From Octopus sinensis (taxonomy: Eukaryota), in contig NC_043008.1 in NCBI RefSeq assembly GCF_006345805.1, positions 45,570,001-45,634,000 on the forward strand: a stretch of DNA of 64,000 nt. Direction: 5' to 3'. The notes beneath the pieces are model-generated. The model was not told where the DNA came from. It ran no database searches and was given only the letters and a program-made list of their open reading frames with translations. A program made the translations under genes and the position numbers. Shown one piece after another: positions 12,640 to 24,405 of this stretch. Positions within the stretch are counted from its first letter, which is position 1, and each line of letters starts with the position of its first letter.

Positions 12640-13300
12640 AATATGTTGAACATATGTGATTGTTAGCATTGCTATGGCAACAGGAATGATTTTGACTTGC
12701 AAGTCTAAATATCTTCGCAACCCATTTCCTCAATCTTTCTTCTCTAATTCCTTCCGCTCTTCATTCATATTGCCAAAGAATATTAATATTCTTTCATATT
12801 TTCACTATTATAACTTCTACCCATTCGTTTGTTATATCGTCAGTTTACACGTGATTTTAAAATTGCCATTCACAAAAATAAAAGTAAAAAGATCATTCTA
12901 TCGAAACGATGTACTTGAATTTTAAACTTTTTACTAGCCTTTGAGTGTTTACCGCTTCTTGAATCGGATTCTCACATTCACACAGCTAGATCTCGAGCAG
13001 TTTTCTTTATTTTGTCACATATCTGTGTGCGTTCCTTCAATCTCCTGCTCCAATAGTTGTGTTCTTTTCATTGTTTTCCGTGTGTCACACAAGCTGTCAC
13101 ATGTCACATTCTCCAAATGCTCGTAATCTTTTCACATGTAGGCTGTAATACTTCTCTACTTCTCTTTATCAGTGATTTTTCTTACTGTACCTTAACATAC
13201 TTGTTTCGTCCTATATTTGCCTAATGGACTTCGTCGGATAAACTGACATGTCAATTGATATAGAACATTTCTTTATATAAACTTTACCAAATCTTCTTCA
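12640..13300 (-). mobile_element. Possible very degraded R4/Dong-like fragment
   Basis: Minus-strand peptide EERKELEKKD*GNGLRRYLDLQVKIIPVAIAMLTI (~12655-12760) resembles the EKxEKY..VIPVVIGALG motif. Upstream matches are weak. Confidence 0.3.
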
Positions 13301-14689
13301 TGTATGAAATTGTTACCAAGTATTCATCCTTAACAACATCCGTCGTTAGTATTTGTCCTTTTTTCCACTAAAATGCTCAATAATATCCCAAATTGGTATT
13401 ACCAGCTTGTTAATTAAATTTAAGCAATTATGAACGTGACAATATTCGATGAAAACTTAGTGTGCTTTTCCTTTTAAATATGGCGCAGGGCTCAATAGCT
13501 ATCGGGATAAAGTTTCTTTTTTAGAAAATAATTTAATTGAAATTTTTTTCGCCTTTTATTCAAACTGCATTTCTTTAAAATTTCATTTCATATTTGTAAA
13601 CGTTTTTTAAAACTTTGACTCAAATAATTTTCAAGTCCTATTTGGCCTTACAGTTTTATCACCCACCATAGAGTTGCTTGTTTTAAACAATATAAACTGA
13701 CCCAAAATATAACACAGGATACGCGTCTGCAATTTTGCCTCCTCGCATCTTTTCCAAAGAACGTTTCGTCCACGTGACCAGTTGAGAATTTGCTCCACAC
13801 CAGTCTTTTTTGAACTTAAAAGCTCACATGAACTGTAGTGATCTAAGTAAATAACTTAATGATTGATGTGATCTTGAAACTTAGTTGAACCAAATTTATT
13901 TTACCTCCAGAGAAGTTTAAATCTTATAATCTAACGCTTTCACACATGCATTCACTGTTTCACGAGAGAAAAATCGACCGAAGTATCCAAAATCCATTCT
14001 CCATTTGACTCTAGAGCACAGAGCTTTTGGGAAAACTGCTTTATGAACATAATAAAGGTCAACACTGCGGTGAATTTTGTTCTGGGATAATAAAGATATA
14101 TAATGTATTTTGAAGAAGAAATGAAGTGTAGCAATCCAGATTCTACTAAGACTTACGTTAAGTGTCATATATGCTTTCCTTTAAGTGAACCCTTGTTAAA
14201 GAATTAAATTCCTGCAGAAGTGTATTCACATTTTACTAAATCGCATTCAATAAAACACCTGCAGCATATCATCAAAAACATTTTAAAAATGTTTTGAAAG
14301 GCTATATTCTTCTTTTTGTCTTTTCTGGTAACAGAATTATTCTAAGCTGAATCATTGAACTATTGATCCACGATAGGGCACAGGCTCAGCCTACATTAGA
14401 ATACTACTTACACATCTATTGCAGTCACACACAAAGAAAGATGTTCAAAATTAAATTTGAAATAGACTATCAGACTGAGACGTAAAACATCAGTTAACAT
14501 CACACAGTCATTAAAAGACGCGGACGCTGAAACTATTTCTTCCTTTCTTTCTTTTTTTTCTTTTCAATCGATCTGTCAAATTTACCATCTTAATATCTTA
14601 GCATTGTTACTCGTGTCCTACGGTTCATCTCTAATGCTTGTATTAAAAACGCCTTCCTTTGGCACTAAGCTGTAAATAGACAATTATAC

Positions 14690-14764
14690 AAATATATATA
14701 TATATATATATAATATATAATATATATATATATATATATACATGTGTGTGTGTATATATATATG

Positions 14765-14795
<31 letters not shown>

Positions 14796-14894
14796 TTGAC
14801 ATTTTTATATTTTATTTTTTTATTTATTTATTTATTTGGTTTCAGCTCACAAGCTGTGACCATGCTCGGGCACCGATATTTGGAGTTAAATATA

Positions 14895-14960
<66 letters not shown>
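14690..14960. repeat. (TA)n tracts with an embedded CR1/SINE 3' tail fragment (14835-14880, minus)
   Basis: TA runs. GTTTCAGCTCACAAGCTGTGACCATGCTCGGGCACCG is the reverse complement of the LINE tail seen at 28400-28445. Confidence 0.85.
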
Positions 14961-14966
<6 letters not shown>

Positions 14967-15127
14967 ATGCCGAGTGCTGGGAACACCTCGGCATCTTTAT
15001 TTAGGAGCCCTTAATTGTATAACTACATGAATAATATTTTTCTATATGAATAATATTTTTGTCTTATGACTAATTCGTCATTTGTGCTGGGCACCTGGTA
15101 GTAAATAATATTACTACCCTTCTTGTT

Positions 15128-15194
<67 letters not shown>

Positions 15195-15436
15195 ACATGT
15201 ATATATGTATGTATAGATATATATGTATCTATAAACATTAAGATGAATATATACTTATATAGATACAATTAAGGGCACTGAGCAACAGCACATATATGCT
15301 CGAGATATACCACATTGAGAACAACCACGTTGAATTTGAAGTGGCTTTCAGAATATTTTGACGTCTATCTCTAGCTTGTAGGTGTTGTTTCTCATTATCC
15401 TTAATTATAATTAAATCTCTATAACTACATATATAT

Positions 15437-15468
<32 letters not shown>

Positions 15469-15525
15469 ATATATATATTATATATATAATATATATACGT
15501 ACAGACATATATATATAGATAGATG

Positions 15526-15577
<52 letters not shown>

Positions 15578-15604
15578 CATACATACATATACATAAATAC
15601 GTTT

Positions 15605-15990
15605 GTGGCTAATGATATGTGAATCTCTGACCACGAGCAAAATAGTGGGGGCATCATAGCCGTGTGTTAAAAGGAATTCTTGGAGGTTTGGATAATTCAC
15701 CTTTGGAAACATGGGTGGTTCGTTCAACATCCTTAAACAATCCTTATTCAGGGACCTTTTGAGCGGGATGGGCTACTCGACCTGAAGAAAATTCTAACTG
15801 AGCCCCACCTGCAAGGTCATGCGCTGTTTATCTTGATATGAGATGACCATGTTGTGCACATATGGTTGTGATGCATGTTCCTGGTGTACCCTTATCAGAC
15901 GGGTAGTCATGATGGGTATACTGGGCTTCGTATATTTTACCCCAGTGTCACTTGATGGCACGCACTCTCTCAATAATAATAATAATAATA

Positions 15991-16072
<82 letters not shown>

Positions 16073-16889
16073 TTCTTCTTCTTATTATTATTATTATTAT
16101 TAAAAGTGAACGAAATACCAGAGAGATTAGATGAAGAAAATTTTGCAGGACAAGAAAATGCACAGCCAGTTCTTCAAGACTAAAGATGAGATTGATTGGA
16201 ATAGAACCTGGCATTAGCTGCAGAAAAGAGACTTAAAATGGCCCACTGCGGTGTTAGTGTGCAGTGCTTTAAGAAAAGCTCTCAGAACAAACCCCTCCAA
16301 ATATCACATTGATAAAAGCACTGAAGGATGTGCTCTGAGAATATACACATCAGGACAAACTGTGAAGATAAGGGTACATCTTATTAGACACATGCATCAA
16401 CCCAATTGTGCCAGACATGGCGAACTCACACCAAAGTTAGCAGCACAGTTAGTGTTTTATTCAGGTCGAGTAGCACATCCCGCTAAAAAATTCTCTGAAT
16501 AAGAATTGTTTAACGATGATAAACAAAACGAGTATGTTTCCAGAGGTTTAGAGCAGAATGTCTACTGTAGCCCATCTTTTACACCAAAGCAAAACATATA
16601 GATGATAACCCTTCCAATCAGTTAAGATGAGAAGTCATGAGAGCCATTGCCTGGACAATTGATATTATCATCATTATTAGTATTAATAGTTGCAGTAGTA
16701 GTAGTGGCAACAATAACAGTAATAATAATAGTTTTAAATTTTAGCGCAAAGCCATTTTCGTGAACCGAATACTCTAAGCACTAATACTTATATTTACCGA
16801 CCTTGAAAAGATGAAAGTCAAAGTTGACGGTATACTGCTGCTGCTGCTGCTGCTACTACTACTACTACTACTACTAATACTACTACTAC

Positions 16890-16925
<36 letters not shown>

Positions 16926-17152
16926 TAAATAATAATAATGGTTTCAAATTTTGGCACAAGGCCAGCAATATTGGGAGAGGAGCTAAATCGAATACTTCGT
17001 CCTGAGTGTTCAACTGGTACTTATTTTATCGACTCTAAATGGATTGAAAGGCAAAGTCGACTTCGGTGGAGTTTGAACTCAGAACGTAGCGGTAGAAGAA
17101 ATAACGCTAAGAATCTTGTGCAGAGTTCTAACGGTTCTCTCAGCTGAGCGCC
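15605..17152. repeat. Third, dispersed copy of the composite unit (duplicate of ~10192-11770)
   Basis: Colinear near-identity (ORF starts 15843 vs 10433, offset 5410) with a few private substitutions. Confidence 0.93.
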
Positions 17153-17234
17153 TTAATGATAACAACAAAGTTTTCAAATTTTCAAAGGCATATATATACA
17201 TATATATACATATACATATATACATATATATGCA

Positions 17235-19420
17235 TATACATTCCTGTTGCCCTTTCCCTTATACAGGACCACCATTACTGCATCCCTCCAGTCCTCAGGT
17301 ACAGATTCACTAGTCCATACCTTACCAAACAAAGAGTGAAGTTTCTGCTGATTTTCTCACCACCATGCTGTAATAACTCCGCATGTCTGCCATCCATACC
17401 CGGAGTCTTCCCATTATTCAAACTTGAGACAGCCATTGCAACTTCTTTGAACTTTGGTGGTTCTGCGAGTGCTGCCTTCACAGGCAATCCAGGGATGAGA
17501 TTGAAAACATCCTCACTAACTACAGACTGCTGATTCAAAAGTTCATCAAAGTGTTCTTGCCACCTTCGCAGAATTCCTTGTGAATCACGAAGAAGTTCTT
17601 TACAATCCCTGCTTCAAATTGGTGTCATCCGGGAAGACGTCGTTCCATAAACTTCTCGCAAGAGATCATACAACAGCTTTGAGTTATTGGAATCTGATGC
17701 CGCCTGTATCTCGTCAACCTTCTTACTCCACCACGTATCCCTCATCTGAGAGAGCCTTTGCCTCACAGAGAGCCTTTACGTCCTTGAGTTCCCTATGCAA
17801 CACCTCCCTTTCCTGTGACTTTGCTGACAAATAGCGTGACAAAGTACGTCTTTTATCAGCCAATAAATCATCTATATGTTCATCATTTTCTTTGAACCAA
17901 TCTTGATGCTTTCTTTGTATCAATCCCTGAACTTTCTTGCCTATATCATAAACTGACTTTTTAAGGGTCGGCCAATCCTCCCCTATATCTGCCGCATTCA
18001 TTTCCTCTCAAAAAGTTCTCTTCACACTATTATACCTAAGACGATCAACATTCAGTCTTTTAGGCAGGGTCATCCCTGCAGCACGGATTTTATGTTTTGT
18101 GACTAATTTCACTTTTGCACGTACTAGGCGGTGGTCAGTCCAACACTCAGCTCCACTAAGAACACGAACACACTGCACATCCTGTCTGTCACGCACCCTA
18201 ACAAGGATGTAATCCAGAATATGCCATTCTTTAGATGCAGGGTGCATCCATGTAGTCTTAAGCTTATTCTTTTGTTGAAACATGGTATTGGTAGCACACA
18301 GACGCAGCTCCTCACACATCCGCAGCAAAAGCATGTCATTACTATTACACTTCCCCACCCCGTGCTTTCCAATTACAGACCATGTGTTAAAATCCCTACC
18401 CACTCTAGCATTAAAGTCACCCAGTACAATGACTTTGTCTGCCCGAGGGATATTTCTTATAACGCCCTTCAAAGCATGGTAGAAAGAAAGGTTTTCGTCA
18501 TCAGTATAGCACATAGTTGGATCATACATACTCACCAAGGTCACATAATTTCCTTTAGCCAAAGGAATTCTCATGGACATAAGACGCTCGTTAATTCCGA
18601 TTGGGAATTCTTCCAACTTGTCCACAACAGTAGTCTTAACAGCAAATGTCACTCCAGCTTCTCCTCTAAGCTCTTCATCTCTCCCTTTCCAAAAGAATGT
18701 ATATTTTCCAAAAGATTCTGTAAGATGACCATCTCCAGGTAATCTCGTCTCAGATGAAGCATGGATGTCAAGGTCATAGCGTTGAAGCTCCTTCGCAACA
18801 AGCGCAGTCCCTCTTTCAGGACATTCAGAGGACTTGTGTTCAAGCTGTGTCCGTACATTCCAACAGCCAATATTCATTATTTTCTTTGGTTCTATAACAG
18901 TAGCATGATGACAGCCGGGTTCAGACTGTGATGCTCTGGAGCCCCTGCCGGGCCAGACTCTTTCAGCCGATGTGGTTGCAAAGTCCTTACTGCCATTTAT
19001 TTTTATACTGTTTTGGTACATCATTGACTTTTGCTTTTAAAGGCTACAGTAAGCCATTCAGTTGAGACTCACAGCACTATCAACAATCATGAATTAGTTA
19101 ATCATTTTAATCAATTCAATGTAGTTATCGTGCAATACCTGTGCAAAAAGATTTTTTTTAAAGTAAGGAAAGGCTGTGCACTGAGTCAATCCCACTCACT
19201 AAGCAACAGCAGCCATAATCCGAAAAGAACAAGACAACATCATCGGTAACCAATGAGCCGCAGGTTTTATGTCGGAGTTATCCCAGTTACCTGAGTTACC
19301 TTCTCCTAGAAGGATGCCCTAACAAAGGCTAGGAGGCCTTCACTCCCAATGGTTTAACCGCGCGATCGGGTATTCAGTCCGATTATTTCTATGTCCCCGC
19401 GCATGAGACAGCCTTAAGCT
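17235..19420 (-). mobile_element. RTE/BovB-like LINE: 5' UTR, APE endonuclease and start of RT, 3'-truncated and disrupted
   Basis: ORF 18008-19024 has IGCWNVRT, SETRLPG, VLGDFNARVG, TWMHPASKEWHILDYILV and TDH motifs. It continues in 17723-18001 and 17275-17538 (SLNNGKTPGMDG). Confidence 0.93.
19291..19400 (-). ncRNA. Candidate HDV-like ribozyme relic in the RTE 5' UTR
   Basis: Minus strand GGGAGTGAAGGC-CTCCTA-GCCTT-TGTTA-GGGCAT-CCTTCT-AGG-AGAAGG-TAACTC gives a P3/L3-like hairpin, GG, a P4-like hairpin and a P2-like GAGT/ACTC pair. P1 could not be formed convincingly. Confidence 0.35.
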
Positions 19421-19510
19421 TTAAGAAGAAAAAAAAACACATTTATTGAATGGCAGTTGACTCTCAAGAGTTACTCCGGCCTTTGACGGGTTTTGTTTTT
19501 CATGCCGCAG

Positions 19511-19659
19511 GGTATCCAATAAATATCCTCCTCACCGTTACCGGTTTAGTCGTCGATGATCAGACCATGCAACAGGTTGTTCTGGGTTACATGTTACCAG
19601 TAGCACTCGAAAGTGACCTGCCATACAAAAAAATACAGTTATATGTACAAGCAAAAGAT
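19511..19659 (+). CDS. Candidate internal coding exon of a host gene, possibly REJ-domain (polycystin-1-like)
   Basis: Acceptor TTTTGTTTTTCATGCCGCAG| with upstream TTGAC branch-like site and donor GAT|GTAAGG. 149 nt, open (phase 1 to 0): (G)YPINILLTVTGLVVDDQTMQQVVLGYMLPVALESDLPYKKIQLYVQAKD. The REJ resemblance (LP.G....Y..I.V.V.D) is weak inference. Confidence 0.4.
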
Positions 19660-19942
19660 GTAAGGATACAATGGTTGGTGAAGAAGAAAGTAAGATTTAA
19701 ATTCGCTTCATGTATATATTTGTGTGCGGTGCGTGCTGATTTATAAAACTGTGTGTATGGTTTTCTAGAAAAAACTGTGTATGATTTTTCTAGAATTCGG
19801 GAAGTACTTACAGATATCTTTACGAAGTAGAATGGCGTGTTTTCGATCGTAGTTGCTACACATGGTAACACAGATTTACGACAAGTTATTTTCTTTTTGT
19901 AGAATCATTAAAGGTACTGTTCCAATATCCAAGGATTGTATA

Positions 19943-19989
<47 letters not shown>

Positions 19990-20168
19990 TACTTATATAG
20001 TTTTTCTAAAGAGATGGGTATTTCCAAGGCAGTGGAAGACTTTGAACTTCTTTTCAAGTGAAAGTGATACCATGCGCTGTATACGTCTGTGTATATATTT
20101 TCTGTTTTTCCCTTCTTTGTATTTCAGATGGTTTTAATTTGTACATACTTATATATATATATATATAT

Positions 20169-23100
20169 AACTTAGAATAACTTAGAAAGGTTTTGGCCAG
20201 TATTGGCCCAGGCCATGTCTAACTTAATAGCACTACCTGGCGAAGTCTTTCAGTTCAGGATTTGGGCACCAAGGCCCATTCGAGCAGAGAGTTATTGTTT
20301 GCGGAGACATATCCGGGTGTGGGTGGTTTGTCCGGTACTCTTTGAAGGAATTTGTCCAAAGACTTCTTGAATTTTGTGTGGTCAGTTTCTTTTTTGACGT
20401 GTCCTGGTGTAATGTTGAAGAGAGCGGGTCCTATTGAGGTGAAATAGTTGTGCCGTATTGTCGTTATGTGATGCGATTTAGATTTTTGTTGTGGACGGAT
20501 GGCACGTGGTCCAAGCCTTGGATGCATTTTGAAGGTGATGCCAACATCATTCGGACAGTGCTGATGGAATATTTTCAACATCATAAAGATAATGTAGCGT
20601 TCACGGCGTCGTTGGAGTGAATACAATTTCAGCTTCTCTAGTCTACCCCAGTAGTCAAGGTCTGACATGCCATCTATCTTTTTTGTGATTGCCCTTTGGG
20701 GAGCTTCAATTCTCATAATATTTTGCTTTGTGTAGGGAGACCACAGTGGACAGCAGTATTCAAGGTGGGGTCGGGCAAAAGTGGAGAAGAGAAGGATAAT
20801 AGCGTGGGAATCTCTCGACTGGAAGGTTCTGAGAATCCAGGAACACATTCTGCGGGCCATGTCAACTTTGCTGCTTATATGTGTAGCCCAGCTTATGTTG
20901 TTGTCCACTGTTACTCCCAGGTCTCTGATGTTGTTGCATGCCATGAGAATTTCTCCAGAAGGAAGAGAGTATGGGAGTTTCAGAGCGTCCTCCCTTCCAA
21001 AGTGGATCAGTTCGAATTTGTCTTCATTTAGCAACATGTTATACTTTTCCGCCCATTGGACAACAGCCAGTAGGTCTGACTGAAGGTTTATTCGGTCATC
21101 CACGCCATTGATGACCTTCTGGAGCTTGGAATCATCAGCGAAGGTTCTGATGTTACTGTGTTTGATGGTGTCAGTAATATCATTTATGTAGATGATGAAG
21201 AGAAGTGGGCCAAACACAGTGCCTTGTGGGACACCACTACAGACTTTGGCTGGGCTGGATTTGACTCCTTCGACTACAACATGTTGGGTTCTGTTAGACA
21301 GGAAGCACTTGATCCACTGCAGCAGCTTTCCAGTGACACCAATATTGGACTGCTTTCTCAGAAGGATCTTATGATCAACCGTGTCAAAGGCCTTGCTGAA
21401 ATCAAGGTAGATGACATCAGTGTTGGAACCTTCTCCCAAGGCTCTCAAAATGTCATCAAAATGATGCAGTAGCTGCGTCAGGCAATCTCTCCCATTACGG
21501 AATCCATGCTGGTTGGGGTTCAGCATATTATGACTCTCAAGGAAGTGAGTCATACGCGATCTCAGCACCCTCTCAAATACCTTGATGATATGAGAGGTGA
21601 GTGAGATTGGACGGTAATTCACGGCAAGCGATTTGTTTCCTTTTTTGAAAATTGGGACCACAGACTGGGATAGAAGGTCTTCTGGTATATATCCAGCATC
21701 CAGTGAGTCCTGCCACAGATTGGCTAGAGGGGGTGCAAGTTGGTTTTGACACATCTTCAAGACACAAGCAGGGAACCTATCGGGACCTACTGCTGAATTA
21801 TGCTTCATTTACTTTATTGCTGCTAAGACATCAGGAGCGCCAAATGTTATGTCTGATAAAGTGTATTGGGGAGTAACATCACTGATACAGCCCAGATCAG
21901 TCATATCAGGATTGCTGAAAACAGCAATATTGTTTCTGCAATATCTCTCCCATGGTTTTGGCATTGTCTTGAAGAGTACCATTTTCATCAATCAGAGGGC
22001 CAACAGTAGAACCAGTGACTCTGTGTTTTTTTGCAAATGAAAAGAACACTTTGGGATTGAGTTTGATCTTCTCAATGGCCCAGGCCTCTTCAGCTCTTCG
22101 CTGACTATTGATGATAGACATCATGTTGTTTTGGAGTTTATGTTCTTTAATCTCTAGCGACGAGATGGCAGTCAGGTTGGTGTGTTGCTGTTGACAGTAT
22201 TTCAGCATGTTGATCTTTTTGTTGATTCTTTTAATTTTCCTTATGAGAGATTTTCTATTTCTAGGGATTAGACACTTAGATTTGTTTGCAGATCTTAATG
22301 GGGTGTGTCTTGCACATATGTTCGTGATGGTGTCTACAAGTGACTGCCAGGACTTTTTGATATTAGTGGGTGTGTATGTGTGCGTGAAGGACCAATCGAC
22401 TTGTGCAAGATCATTATTGATCGCTTCCCAGTTTGCATTGTGGAAATCCATAGTGTCAAATGGATGAACAGGAGGGATGACATTTGTTTTGCATTTTGGC
22501 CAGTGAAATCTCAGATCACAGAGAACCATGTCATGGTCGGAGAGTAGGGTTTTCTCCACTGCAATATTGTGGATAGTATCAGTGTGATTGCTGAAAATTA
22601 AGTCTAAGACGTTTTTGTGACATCTCGTTGGTTCGAGTACCAGTTGGAACAAGAAGAAGTCATCCATGAAGTCAAGAAGCGATTCCACTGCCTCCCTGTC
22701 AGGGGTTGAGAGAGAAGAACCTGGCGGCAGACTGTTCGTAAACCAGTCAACCCCGGGAAGGTTGAAGTCTCCCATCATTAAAATGTTATCAGGTTGACAC
22801 TGCTGAATGAAACACTTTATGCTGTTGAGGCATTCCTTGAAGCATGGTAGGGGCGTTTGGGTTGGTCTGTAGAGCCCAACTACTGTTAAGTTGTTGGTTT
22901 GACTGAATACAGCGACTGCTTCGCAGTATCCATTGGAAAATATGTTCGTGGCTTCTGTTGAGAATGAATCATGGACATAAATGGCAGTCCCACCCTTTCT
23001 TCTGCCAGCACGATCAGCACGAATGGTTTTGAAATTTTAAACTTTCACCTCGGCTTCCAAGTGGAGGTCACTAAGATATGTTTCAGTGAGGACGAAGAAA

Positions 23101-23674
23101 GGGATGTGGTTTGGATGGGCCTCGACCCAGTCCTCCAGGAATCTTATCTTCCATTTTTGTGTATTGGTGGAAGGGCTGATGCCTTGGGCATTAAGCAGAA
23201 ATGTTGAGGCGAGAGTGGATGATTTTAATTGTTTTGGTGATTTGTTTATTTGATTGCTTTTTAATGGCATGTGCAGTGGGGTAATAGTGGTGGATGGTGG
23301 TGGGTGATAGATTCATTATAGCTAAAAAAGAGGAAGTAGAGGTAGTTTCCTGTCTATGGAACCGCAGGTGACTGTGGCCGCGGCTATTTTTATGTGAGTG
23401 GTTATCTTTAAATGTCCGACGAGTCCCCGGGAGATGGTTAAAGGGGCAATCCCTGTGCAAACACAATCTGTCTCGCTGGGAATAGCGGCAGATTTGGGGA
23501 TTCCTTGTTTGAGATATTGGTGGTTGTGGTGGTGTTGTATTATAGTGGTTGCTGTTGTAGTTTGTGGGGACAGAGCGTTTTGTTCCAGGTAAATGGGTGA
23601 ATTTGCAGTCTCTATCAGTGCACAGTATATGGCGAAGAGAATATCGGCAAATGATGGGGTTTCGAGTGGGTATA
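20169..23674 (-). mobile_element. CR1-clade LINE, lineage A, near full ORF2 (APE + RT) plus end of ORF1; frameshifted
   Basis: 517-aa ORF 20255-21808 has [32 protein letters not shown] and LEYCCPLWSP. Endonuclease pieces lie in 21906-22778 (MGDFN, LDLIF, SDH) and 23037-23270. The 3' tail has tandem TTCTAAGTTA, then (TA)n. Confidence 0.96.
23434..23649 (-). pseudogene. ORF1 C-terminal fragment with two C-x8-C-x4-C-x3-H zinc fingers
   Basis: [19 protein letters not shown] (23593-23649) and [19 protein letters not shown] (23434-23490), in frame, immediately upstream of ORF2. Confidence 0.75.
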
Positions 23675-23780
23675 TATAAATACATACATATATACATACA
23701 TATATATACAACACTACGTATATATATACATACATATATACATATATATATACATATATATATATATACATACATATACA

Positions 23781-23812
<32 letters not shown>

Positions 23813-23899
23813 CATACATATACATATATATACATATATATATACACATACATATATATATATACATACATATATATATACATACATATACATACATAC

Positions 23900-23937
<38 letters not shown>

Positions 23938-24046
23938 TACATATACTATATATACATACATATATAATATATATATATATATAAATACATACATATACAT
24001 ATATATACATACATATATACATATATATATATATAATACATACATA

Positions 24047-24077
<31 letters not shown>

Positions 24078-24087
24078 ATATATATAA

Positions 24088-24126
<39 letters not shown>

Positions 24127-24204
24127 CATACATGTATATATATATACATATATATATATACATAAATATATATTTATACATGCATATATATATACATATA
24201 CATG

Positions 24205-24254
<50 letters not shown>

Positions 24255-24351
24255 TGCATACATATAGGTATATATGTATATATACATATATATAGATATA
24301 TATGTATGTATACATACATATATATATATGTATATATACATACATATAGAG

Positions 24352-24387
<36 letters not shown>

Positions 24388-24405
24388 ATATATAGATACA
24401 TATAT
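23675..24405. repeat. (TA)n/(TACA)n compound microsatellite
   Basis: Directly visible; separates two LINE copies. Confidence 0.98.

Noticed and set aside
23191-24363. 390-aa ORF as a real protein
   Set aside because: The N-terminal ~230 aa are microsatellite. Only the C-terminal CCCH part is meaningful and is reported separately.
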